From: Chrysomallon squamiferum | Taxonomy: Eukaryota; Animalia; Mollusca | Assembly (NCBI GenBank): GCA_012295275.1 | Contig: CM022676.1 | Location: 6,944,001 to 7,008,000, forward strand | Reading direction: 5' to 3' | Length of the DNA: 64,000 nt | Shown here: piece after piece, positions 52,140 through 63,699 of the stretch | How the letters are laid out: the number at the start of each line of letters is the position of its first letter | Numbering within the stretch: position 1 is the first letter of the stretch | The notes under the pieces: model-generated | What the model was told of the DNA's origin: nothing | Database searches by the model: none | What the model saw: only the letters and a program-made list of their open reading frames with translations | Translations under genes and position numbers: made by a program

Positions 52140-53371
52140 GAAGTTGAAAAATAAGTCCATCCTCAGTAATATTAACTTACTCATTTACACAATATAAATA
52201 CTAATTTATTTTTAATCTTTTACCAACATCAAAACAGCGAAAATAAATAGGAATTGACACTTAAAACAAAAAAATCATTCTTTTCCCTTTGCGCACGCCC
52301 GAAGCCACCCCCTGCGAAGATGGGCGTGGTTTACTGTGAAGTGCGGATCAGATTTGTAAAGTTGCCAAGTCATCCATGAAAATATCGTCTGCTCGGACTG
52401 CTCGACGTCAAAAGAAATGATAAAACTATTTTCTTGACGAAGAGTTCTGATTTTTATAAAAGCCACACCTCATACGCACCTGTCCGAAGCCGTTCTAGTA
52501 TCATTGTTTAGTTTTGTTTATACATAATAAGATCAAAACAATTAGTGTAATTTCTTTTAAAGGATTTTTTTTTCCGGCGGAAGAATAAAAGGCGTTGTAC
52601 GTCCAACAGCGACGAACAAACCAGGATTTGTTTCCGTGTAATTATCATGTAAAAAAAAAAAAAAAAAAAAAAAAGAACAGATTTTTGTCCGAACTAATAA
52701 ATAATGGTTTTCTAATATTGAATAAATGAATGTAACTATAGGGTAAATTTTTAGAATTTTTCACAATAGCATTTTCTTTTATCCGTGTTTACGTTCTTGT
52801 TTAGCCTATAATTATAGACTTAACTGTAACAGTACATTTTTCATTTCAACTATTAATTTAGATAGCATTTCTTTTATCGTATTAATCCTGTTAATTATAT
52901 ATGCATTTGGCCAATAATTCATTGTTAATAAAATGTAAAGATTATTATAGATATTATAGTAATTTATTAGTTTGATGTTTTACTAATGTTAATAAATATT
53001 AACCAGTTAAAATAGTTCGTGGATATTAATTTAATTACCTTGTTTGATCAAATTACTCTGTTATTACTATATATTATAGTTAAACAGTTGAATAATAATA
53101 ATAATAACAACAACAACAACAATAATAATAGTAATAATAATAATCATGATAATAATTACAATAACAATAACGATAATAAAAGCTATTAGTATTATTGTTG
53201 TTGTTGTTGTTTTTGCTGTTGCTATCGTTGCTATCATTTCTTTAAATAATACATTTATGTTGATATTCAAGATTAATGTAAACGTAATCATGAGCATTTA
53301 GACAGTGAGCCGTGGGTAGAACGTGAAACATTTTAAATGGTTATAACATTATTTCCCGATGTGATGTGGAA

Positions 53372-53376
<5 letters not shown>

Positions 53377-53432
<56 letters not shown>
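53377..53432. repeat. (GA)n microsatellite
   Basis: Direct inspection. Confidence 0.95.
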
Positions 53433-53435
<3 letters not shown>

Positions 53436-53870
53436 ATTCTGTCAGTTAATTATAAAGATTTGCATTCAGTTTTCATTCTTTAATATTATAAAGATTTTGC
53501 ATTCAGTTTTCATTCTTTTTTCAAAAGAATATATTATCTATAATGATTTCGTATTTCAAACGTTTTATAAAACCTCTCTCTCTACAACAGAATATCTTTC
53601 AGTGTTTTACTTTTATTTTATCTTTTTACCGAGAACGGTAATCATTTGGGTTACAAATAAATATAGCCATTAAAGCAATTCCTTTAATATGATGCAGTCA
53701 GTATATAGGATTGTATACATAAAAACACGCCCGTCATACACTCAACCTATGTCTTAAGCACAGAGTTCTATACAAGATAACATTCTTTTTTCATTGCTTT
53801 TTTCAAATTCATTAGTATGAGTCGAAAGTAACTGCAGGGTTTAACTGCTACGGTTTTAGAATATATAAAA

Positions 53871-53948
53871 CTTGGAACTCGACTGACTTAATTTCTCGAT
53901 TATGTGACTTGGAACTCGACTGACTTAATTTCTAGATTATGTGACTTG
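53871..53948. repeat. 37-bp tandem duplication
   Basis: cttggaactcgactgacttaatttct(c/a)gattatgtga twice. Confidence 0.9.
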
Positions 53949-54727
53949 AAAAAAAGTTACAGATCTTTAAATTGAAGACAGTAAACGTGTATCTCTGGTG
54001 TATCTAACAAATATCGAGCGATAGAGTTTTTATATTTTAGTGTAAGTTTTATTATTATGGATTGCTGTTGTTGTTATTATTGTTGTTGTTTTTGTTATTA
54101 TTGTTGTTGTTGTTATTTATTTATTGTTGTTGTTGTTGTATCATTTCTGCTGCTATTATTGTTTTTATTAGAAAAATAAATGTATTTTAATAGCTCAGAT
54201 ATCTATCTATCCATCCATCCATCGATCTATCCATCCATCCATTCATCTATCTATATTTCTGTCTGTGTCTGTTTTTAATTTCTACTAAACGCATTTATTT
54301 AATGTAATTCCAACAATTTTTTTTTAATCAAATACTAAAACAATTATCTTTACAATATATATATATATATAATATTTGATAGAAGTTAAAATATTGATAT
54401 CCCATTAAGAATATCCGCAGATGGTACACACTTGACTATCTTCGTAATCCTGAAGGATTTTTTATATTCGTTTTCTCATAGACAAAACAGCAGTTTCCAA
54501 CAATTTTAAGAGCTAGACTGTTATTTTAAAGGTATATAGCAGATCAAATGTTTCCACATGAACTGGTTAAATTACCAAATCCTTTTTAACTTTTTTTACT
54601 ACGTTCAGTTTTAAGCTGGTTTTGGTTAATTCTTCCTTTTGGCAAAAAGAAGAAAATTTTATATTTTACGTCATTAAACGAACATCATTTATAATCCGAT
54701 AACTTTAAAAAAAAAAAAAAAAAAAAA

Positions 54728-55345
54728 TGAGTCACGTGATTACAATGGGATATTATGATTGGTAAAGGCGGCGCGTGACTCTTGAATCATATCCCAAAGC
54801 ATATGATCCATAAACGTATCAGACGATTCATAAATGAGCCACGTGATCCTGAAATGAAGTCACGTAAATTTACGAGCCGTTCACGTGACTAATAACGGGG
54901 AAAAAATGTCTTCGGCAATAGTTTTGGTCTTACGCTGTAACATCCAATTACAAAGCGAAAACATTGGATTAGAAGTACTAAAGAGATGAAATGAGATTCA
55001 CGCATTGTTAATTGACGATATTACACATTTACGAGAAAAGGTTCGCGCCAAAGGTCGCGACCCGCGTGGCACGAATTCAGCACGTGAGCGCGCCGAAATA
55101 AGACGCAATAAAATTTGTCGCTGAACGCTCTCGCGCGAGCTGTTATCAATTACCGAAGTTTCGTATCTTTACAAGCGGTTAATGCGATTTTACATTCCAG
55201 CAGTGGTAGTTCTAGGAGCGAGTAAGATGATCAAGCGAAGAGCGGCGAGAACAAATTACGACATTGCCAGAAATGGGTCTCAAGGGAGCCACAAACCGAA
55301 GTGTTACCGCTAAAATGGCAGCGACCGTATTCTTGTGGGAATTTT
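54728..55345 (+). promoter_or_regulatory. E-box/CCAAT-rich proximal regulatory region of the NHLH gene
   Basis: CACGTG at 54733, 54840, 54882, 55081; ATTGG/CCAAT at 54758, 54944, 54963; CGCGTG 55063; AAAATGGC 55312; CSL site TGTGGGAA 55334. Confidence 0.55.
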
Positions 55346-55818
55346 CGACGGGCTACAATTTTCACTTCTTTCTCACTGTAAAATTGCCATCTACTTGCTT
55401 TACTGGACTAAAGTGCCAAAGAGGATTTTTATTTTGCTCTGTTTTTAACCAATACCAGATGTGGACACATATTAAATTCAAGTCAAGCATGTTAAATTAG
55501 CTGTAATTGGTGCGACTGATATTCCTCATGGGTCTTGTCCGTGTTTTGTTGGATCTACTGAGATAATTTCATAATAGCCTGTAACATATATACTGTATTC
55601 CACAGGCTTAAGACATTGTTAAGGGTTTATTTGCTAAATCGACTGATGATGATTGTCTCAAGCCAGAGCTCTTCCTATTATCCAAAAGAATAATCTGTTG
55701 GAAACTGATACATCTGTCTCTTATTCTTCTCTTTTATCCCCTTTTTATTTACCTCTTGTCTATTTTTCTCTTTTTCTCTGTATCCATCGTTCACTTTTTC
55801 TTTGATGTGTTTTTTTTA

Positions 55819-55878
<60 letters not shown>

Positions 55879-56063
55879 GTATCGTTTTAAATATTTCAAA
55901 ATACAAAATATCTCTCTCTCTGTTTTTGGTTTTTACATTTTCTTTTCCCCTTTGTTCTACACGTAGTCAAACTAATTATCTGCTAGATAAGAGATTAGAA
56001 AGATAGATAGTAAAACCCACTTATATATTTATATATGAACAGAGAGATGTGCATATGTGTATG

Positions 56064-56066
<3 letters not shown>

Positions 56067-56103
<37 letters not shown>

Positions 56104-56112
56104 CAGAGTGGG

Positions 56113-56182
<70 letters not shown>
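56067..56182. repeat. Compound (TG)n(GA)n microsatellite
   Basis: Direct inspection. Confidence 0.95.
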
Positions 56183-56183
<1 letters not shown>

Positions 56184-56679
56184 AATAATGAAAGAGAAAT
56201 ATATCAAAAATTCATACAGTGTAAATTAATTTTGATAATTATCGTCTGCTCCCCCAGAAAGATCAAATTAATACAACACACTGAGGTAATTTATAGGACT
56301 TACAGTAAATTAAACATCTCCAGTTTAATTAGAATATTTTCCGCCTATTTAAACCTTCCACTGTCCTTTCAGAAATAATGATTTCAGTTGATCCTTATGT
56401 GACTCGTTCACATTCATTTTGCATTTTCATTTATTAGATTTTGGTTTTAAATTTTTAGATATTTAATTGATCAGAAAAATAATATTGCCAATAAATATAT
56501 CATCACATTATATGATATCTATATAACCATCCATTTATCTATGTGTGTATGTGTAATAATTTTGAATTTTTTATAAGATTCTTATAAAGTTAATATATGG
56601 ATAGATAGAAATAATTTTAATTCTAGATTTTTTCTTTCTCTTTTTAAGATTACCATCCGAAGAACCAGAAGAAGGCAAA

Positions 56680-57054
56680 ATGCACGTGGAGATGACGTCA
56701 GAGCATGCAACATTTACAAGCCTGGAAAACAGTTTAACGGATTCCGACGAGCGAGATTTGAACGAAGATTGCCGAGATGATGTGTTAGTATGTCACAGCC
56801 GTCGTCTGGGCAACCAAGAAAACGCCACCCTCACACGAGAGGAGAGGCGACGGCGGAGAAGAGCTACACAGAAATACCGCACTGCGCATGCGACAAGGGA
56901 GAGAATTCGCGTTGAAGCTTTCAACATTGCCTTCGCCGAACTGAGAAAACTGTTGCCTACGTTACCTCCTGATAAAAAATTGTCGAAAATAGAGATTCTT
57001 CGCCTTGCAATTTGTTACATATCGTACTTAAATCATGTGCTTGACCTTAGTTGA
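56680..57054 (+). CDS. NHLH1: Helix-loop-helix protein of the NHLH1/NHLH2 (HEN/NSCL; Drosophila HLH4C) family, single coding exon, 124 aa
   Basis: C-terminal half [72 protein letters not shown] is nearly identical to the NHLH bHLH; co-orthologue of vertebrate NHLH1 and NHLH2; polypyrimidine tract and AG acceptor at 56648. Confidence 0.96.
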   Translation: MHVEMTSEHATFTSLENSLTDSDERDLNEDCRDDVLVCHSRRLGNQENATLTREERRRRRRATQKYRTAHATRERIRVEAFNIAFAELRKLLPTLPPDKKLSKIEILRLAICYISYLNHVLDLS

Positions 57055-58965
57055 CACTGTTGATTTCATTTGACCTTCTCCCCTTCATTATTTTACTGAA
57101 AATCTTCATATTCTTACGCAAGTGTGTGTGTTAAGGGAAAGCTGACTCCTGAATAAAGGACATATGGAAATTTGAATGAGAAGTGCAGCTTTATTTGAGG
57201 ATTTACTAATTGTAAATTAGAATGTTGTTGTCGATACATCGGAAAGTATCGAAACAAACCGGAAATTGGCGAAGACAATCGACAATTACTGAGGTAAACG
57301 GGAAATTGCTCACGATATTCTTTACCTTTTCTGAAAGAACTGATGAACATGTTTTAAAATGATAAAGACTTTTTTTTTTTTTCTTCTACTTTTCCGATCA
57401 AATTAAAGTCGGAAAATGCCGATAATATATAGCAACTTTTAGGAGATAAACAGAAATAGAATGATTTTTGTACTTATCTGTGAAAAAAACTGAAATAACA
57501 ATTCCACTTTGTGATAAACAGCCTGTTGTTTATAATGGAATTCGGGTGCTTAAAGAATCGAGAAATCAGATGAGAAAAATACTTCGGCAATTGTCGGTAC
57601 ATTTCGTTTTCCGAAGAATTTCGGAATTTCACGAATCGTTCCGATGTTGGAACAATAAGTAGGGTATATTGTTTTTACGAAGACAGTAAATAATGACTGA
57701 TTGTTTATGATATATTTTGGACACCCTTGGCGTTGTATTTATTTATTTATTTATTTACTTACTTATTTATATTAATGATGTATATATATATTACGTGTTT
57801 TAAAAGCACTGAAACGAAACTGACATTTCAAAAATTAAAATAAAATAGTAAAATGTTTTAAGCTGAATTTGACCGTCAAAGAGCGTTGTACGAGATAATG
57901 ATTTTGGAGAGAGGGTAAGAAGTTTTAAAAGTGGATGGACAGACGAGCGAATGATTTAATAAATAGGAATGAAAATGAAGATACAATAAAGTTAAATTAA
58001 ATTTAATTTTTTTTTTTTTTTTTTTTTTTTTTAAAGTCACGATTCGTTTTTTTTACTACTATCACTACAGAGATGACTATGACTGAATATGTTCACATAC
58101 AAATATACATTATATCTGTTAGAATACACATCATATATATATATTCGTGACACATTATACATATGGGTGTATGTATACATATATGGTGCAACAGCATAAT
58201 AAAGAAAATAGTGTTTATAAGCACACACCGAAAAATATACACATAAACACGTAAACATTCATACATGTACATATATACACATACACATATACATACACAC
58301 ATAAATAGCTACAAACGCACATACACATATACACACATACACACGTATACATGTATATGTGTATTTATGTATGCAAGTATGTATATATATTTGTGTATGT
58401 CTGTATAAATGTGTGTTTGCTTATGCACATTGTATTCTTTATTATACTTTTACACAATATATTTATGATTGAAAAAATATATATCATTAAATAACATATA
58501 CTGATAGTTGAATATGTACTCATTTTATTTATATATAAAATTTACATGTTGAATAAGTGCAAATTGTTTAACTCATATACAATATACATATGGTTGAATA
58601 TGGCTGACAATGGTTGTGATTGTGTTTTTTACGTTTCAAGCTAAGGGTGCAGATATTTTCACATGTTCAAATGTTAATATTAATTCAGAAGCTTTATTTA
58701 TTTATTTATTTATTTATGATAATACATGTTACATTTTGTTAAGATCAGTTTTGGTGATACAACCTTCAGTTCAATTTTTGTTTAGTAATTAAATTTAAAA
58801 TAAATAAATAAATAAATCAGTGAACCTACTGGATCGATTAACAATCAGTTAAAGAGAACTAGAGATGTATCGCAAGTTACGCCGTCTAAATGCACCTTAA
58901 GAAAACAGAAGCTGACGAGGAAAAAAATATGTATGTATATGTACATAATTATGTCTTATTTATTG

Positions 58966-58971
58966 AATAAA
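58966..58971 (+). terminator. Candidate polyadenylation signal of the NHLH gene
   Basis: AATAAA followed by T/GT-rich tract at ~58997-59030; other AATAAA occur earlier. Confidence 0.3.
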
Positions 58972-59674
58972 AATATAAATATGTATGACTTAAGCATTTT
59001 GTTTTTGACATTACCAGTATTTGTTTTCAGTAGTCGTTTTACGATTATTGAAATATGACGTCGAGAGCGTCTTTTTACGGTGACTCAGTCACTTTTGCAT
59101 TTTTGCACCAATCACATTCGGTAAACTAATTATTTTGAGAAGTATTATATGATTTGATGCGCTTTGTATATAACTTTATAATACAACAACCATATCGACA
59201 ACAACAACAACAACAATAGCTACTATTACTACTATTACTAATAGAAGAAGAAGAAAGAACAATTACTTTGCGCCATCTTTTAAGGGCAGATAAATTCATT
59301 ACTTAGTCTTTTGCTTTATCCAGTCATGGACGTAACTGGACTTTTTTTTAAAAATGAGTTAAAATATTGATATCTTTGAAATCAGTTATGTTTTTCATCG
59401 CAACGATGTCGGTAGACTTCAAACGGAAACCGTAGACATAAACCAATTCATTTCGTGAATATCGTTTCTTTAAATATATTTTAAAAATAAAATCAACAAC
59501 AACAACAACAAAAAACCCCAACAAATTAATAAAACAAAATAAAAAATAAAAAATAAAACCCCATAACAGCAACAACAAAAATCTGTGATAAATTCGATTA
59601 TAATTATAACTATTATAATAATTATTATTCTTCTTTTTTCTTTTTTTTGTGGGGGTGATAATTTTTTTTGATAA

Positions 59675-59678
<4 letters not shown>

Positions 59679-59759
<81 letters not shown>
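59679..59759. repeat. (CT)n microsatellite
   Basis: Direct inspection. Confidence 0.95.
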
Positions 59760-59763
<4 letters not shown>

Positions 59764-59909
59764 ATATATTTTCTTTCAATTAACCGTGTTTATTACACTG
59801 TCATTATACTGGTGTGTCTGTGCGTGCGTCTTGTATTTATGAACAGATCAAAGGGAAATAAATATTGTACAGAAAGATCCCACAGCCCTCCTGGATTTTC
59901 AAATAAAAA

Positions 59910-59941
<32 letters not shown>

Positions 59942-60492
59942 AATAATAAGTCATAATCGGAAGCGCCACCAAAACTGGTAACACTAAAATATATACAATA
60001 AAATTTTATATATACAAAAGGCTTTGTTAAATTTGATGAAGCACTTTTTTGCATCAACTGCAGATTCAAACTTTTGCAAATTCTAGTGTGCAAAGTTATT
60101 AAAGCGACCATATATAGTTTTATCAGTTCTGAATCGTCATGCCCCACCAGTGTATTACCACGCCCCACCTTTTATAAACTCTGGTCTAGAGTGATGTTTA
60201 AGGATGGGATGCTCCCCAAATTTCGGTGCGATTATGTCTACTACATTTGACTTTCTATGCTACTGTTTGGACAGCAGTCACAAGACAAACATTATGTTGA
60301 CATGAAAACAATTAAATTGTTTAATAAAATAGCAGCTATTAATGTTTTTCTATAAGCAATATTAATTATTCTGTCTTAACGCATTTCCACTGACCTCATA
60401 AATTTTAATTATTTAATTAATTATTAATAATTAAGCAGACAGTAGCGACATGTATTTTAAATCTCTTAAAATATATAAATATTCAAATCTGT

Positions 60493-60529
<37 letters not shown>

Positions 60530-60726
60530 TAAAAGCATTGAAAAGAATTTACGTTCGACGATTGATTATCTTTCTTTTCACGTCTTAGAAATAAATTTCC
60601 GACACTACCCGAACTGTCCGAATAAAAATAATAGACTGGCACATAGTCATTTTGTTTTTAAGAACATATATTAGCAATGATGGGCGCAACGTAAATTGAA
60701 AACTCAGGCAACAAAATACCAGAAAA

Positions 60727-60759
60727 ATGATGGAAGATGACTCCGATGATGAGATAAAT
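60727..60759 (+). CDS. IFT46: IFT46 first coding exon
   Basis: aaaATG ATG GAA GAT...aat|GTaaga at the end of a CpG-containing region. Confidence 0.7.
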
Positions 60760-63576
60760 GTAAGAAAATCATGAGATATTGATCTTTAAATTATCTCATC
60801 TTTTCAGAATTATGTTAAAGTAATTTGTAAATGTTATTTGTGTAGTTTCTTAAACAATTCTTCTTTAGGATTTTCATTTCTACTCGTCTCCTTAATAATA
60901 TTCAGCTGTAACTAATGTAAACATTTGTGAGTCTTCGGCGATTTGTTGAACGTTTCTAGTTGTGGTTAAAACGTTGAACTGTCAAATTAGAAAAACAAAA
61001 TTCTTACTTTGTAATATACAATAAAAGGTTTTGTTAGTATATTAGCATTAAAAGTGTCCTTCAAATCACAGATCTAACTAAGTTTTATAGTTCTTATTTA
61101 TTAAGTAAAATCAAAATTTTTAATAAATTAATAAGTAATTAATTTTATGTAACTGCAACTGTGTAAGTATTTTAGTACTTTGTGGAGGAATATCATTTTA
61201 TTTTATTTTTTAATTATATTTGAAAATGTTCTTTAATCAAATAGTGTATTCTGGTGATGATTTGCAAATATGAAATATAAATTTATTTATTTGATTTGAT
61301 TTGATTTTAAGCTTTCCACATATAATGTAGTAACTTTCAATGAATATGAATGTGGTACAAATTTGAAAAAAAAAAAATTAATTCATGTATCTTCATATAT
61401 ATCAATAATGATTTTTTAATTTTTTCAATTTATATTTATTAATATTTAGCCAAATATCCATGTGTAAGTATCATTATCTTTTTAATAGTTTATATTTAGT
61501 TTAAAATTTTTAAAATTATTTTGCAGTCTCGTGTGGTCCACCATAATCAACCATATGATGAATCCCTGGAAGTGCCTGATGCAGAAGAAATAGCTAGCAC
61601 CTACTCACCTACACCTAGGGTGCCCCACCCTGCAGGTAATTTCAGTAAACATCCATCTAAACCTTCAACCAATAACATTTTTAAATAAACACCTGAAGAT
61701 ATCTTATAGCAGTCATTGTGAATTAACTTTTGCCAGTGTAGGCACCTGATATGTATTTTTTATGTATTGAAATGCCTTTAAATATTTGTGATTTCAATAT
61801 TTTAACCTGAGCCAACATGTAGAATTTTTTAATTTTTTAAAAAAAATTTAATTTGTTTTAATAACAAATTTTGTACAGATGGTTTTTGTATTAACCAATA
61901 GTATCTTTTTAAGTTTTGCTGAGCCTAAATTAATATTTCTCAAGACTAGTTCCTAACTATTATAATGTTTTATGGTTTTGAAAAGTATAATTTAACCATT
62001 TCTTTCCTTTCCTTTCCTTATTTTTTTTTTTTTTGTTTACCATACAAAGTCTTTTGTGTTTCATGTATATTAAAATATTTTTCATTATTTGCTGCTGACA
62101 CTTATAGCAAAAGCAAGACAGACATTAACCTCAATAAAGGGAGGTAATACATTTCATTATGATAACTCTACAGCTGTGCATTTTGGTGTCTGTTATTTTT
62201 GTCACTGTTATTTATTTATTTAGTGTTCACATAAACTAGAAAAAACAATGGGATAAAAACAAAAAAATGAGCTGGAGTCATGCTTTCATCAGATTTTTGT
62301 TGCATTTCAAAGTCTAATTATTGTTTATTTAGATAGATAAATCTGAACTTTTGTCACTGTTATTTATTTATTTATTTTGTCAGCATGTGTCTCACATATA
62401 GTTATACTTGGAGAGAAGAGGGGGAAAAGGCTGAGAGAGAAATACAAATATATTTTTAGATAATTTCAGTTAATGAAAAAACTGCAAACAAAATAATCCA
62501 TACAATTATTTACAGTCTGTCTGTGAAAAACTTTAAATCTGATTTATATTATTATCTTGTTGTTGGTCATACTTTATGTTAAAAAAACAAACTACTTTAG
62601 TTCAAATGTATAAAATATATTTTAACAATGTGCTCATAACCATAGGCAATATGTCAGTGTAAAAATTTCTAGTGAATATCTGAATGTCCATATGAAATAT
62701 TAACATATTTGTTTACCATTACATCAGTGCTTTTAATGTGCTTCAGTAAAATGTAGTCTGTCACTAACATTAGTTATCTGTCTGAACCACTGTATAGTCA
62801 TTATTATTACTTATACTGGTTAAAAGTTTTACCTTCATTTATTTATTTATTTATTTATTTTTTTTAATTTTTAATTTTTATATATATATTTTTTTTTCTT
62901 TCTTTTTTCTTTGAGAGGTGGGGATAATATAATTATGACTGATTGATTATTACTATTATTATTATTAAATTTGTCATCATCATCATTATTATTATTTTTA
63001 TTATTATCATTATACATCATCATCTTTCTTACAATTATTATCATTATCATCATCATTGTTATTATTTAGAAGGGTGTATAGTTGTTTTTCACTAAATATA
63101 ATTATCAGTTACTAGTGTTGTTATCATAACACATTGTTAACTGAAGGAGGATATTTTTACATTGCTAAAAACAATTTGTACAAATTATTATGTCTCTACC
63201 ATAAAAACACTGTTAAATATTTTTGTTTAAAGTGTATCTACACTTCATATGTCACAAAAATACCAATAAATGATTTTCTTCAAAGTATATCTATACTTTA
63301 TGTTCTTACCATAAAAAGACTGATAAACATTTTATTTTCCTACCATAAAAATACATAAAATATTGTTGTTCATTTTATGTTTCTGCCATACAAATAATGA
63401 TAAATATTTTTGTTTGCTAGATGGTCTATCCACAAACATACTATTTTTGTTCACTTGATGTTCCTATATTTTTGTTCAAAGCTTCAGAACGTGGAATGAG
63501 TCGTGATAATTCCGTTCTGTCAGATCCTTCAGATGAAGAGGATGATGAAGAGTTTGACAGGAATGTCAACAAAACG
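60727..63576 (+). CDS. IFT46: Intraflagellar transport protein 46, 5' part; join(60727..60759,61527..61635,63482..63576,...)
   Basis: MMEDDSDDEIN|SRVVHHNQPYDESLEVPDAEEIASTYSPTPRVPHPA|ASERGMSRDNSVLSDPSDEEDDEEFDRNVNKT. The NQPYDESL.V.DA.E.AS.Y.PTPR motif followed by an acidic tract matches the recalled N-terminus of IFT46 (e.g. fish). Phases 0,1,0 are consistent. The conserved core lies beyond the window. Confidence 0.82.
61527..61635 (+). CDS. IFT46: IFT46 second coding exon
   Basis: ttttgcAG acceptor; NQPYDESLEVPDAEEIAS; cag|GTaatt. Confidence 0.85.
63160..63481. repeat. Degenerate minisatellite abutting the IFT46 exon-3 acceptor
   Basis: Recurrent ctaccataaaaa..ctgataaatatttttgtt units. 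Confidence 0.7.
63482..63576 (+). CDS. IFT46: IFT46 third coding exon (acidic)
   Basis: Acceptor at 63481 (aAG) or in-frame 63487 (cAG); SDPSDEEDDEEFD; acg|GTagcg. Confidence 0.7.
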
Positions 63577-63699
63577 GTAGCGTCATTTTTAAAAGTATAA
63601 TTTTTTTATATATATACGATTTTTTAATTCGACGTTTATTCATGGAATAGACAATACATGATTTTTTTATATATATTTTTGAAAATTCGTTTTATGTTT

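Noticed and set aside
55264-55500. 78-aa ORF upstream of NHLH as a possible coding exon 1
   Set aside because: No convincing phase-2 donor linking it to the 56649 acceptor and no homology signal.
60640-60720. RFX X-box expected upstream of the ciliary gene IFT46
   Set aside because: Only half-sites (e.g. ctcaggcaac) are visible; no full palindromic X-box, so it was not called.
60950-60990. tRNA-like A-box (tagttgtggttaaaacg); similar fragment near 53306
   Set aside because: No B-box or cloverleaf; at most decayed SINE heads, not tRNA genes.
854-63358. The many 60-160 aa ORFs in the track rich in CV, HT, RE, SL, polyN, polyI, polyL, polyQ
   Set aside because: They are translations of microsatellites and AT-rich low-complexity DNA, mostly with non-ATG starts and no domain signature.
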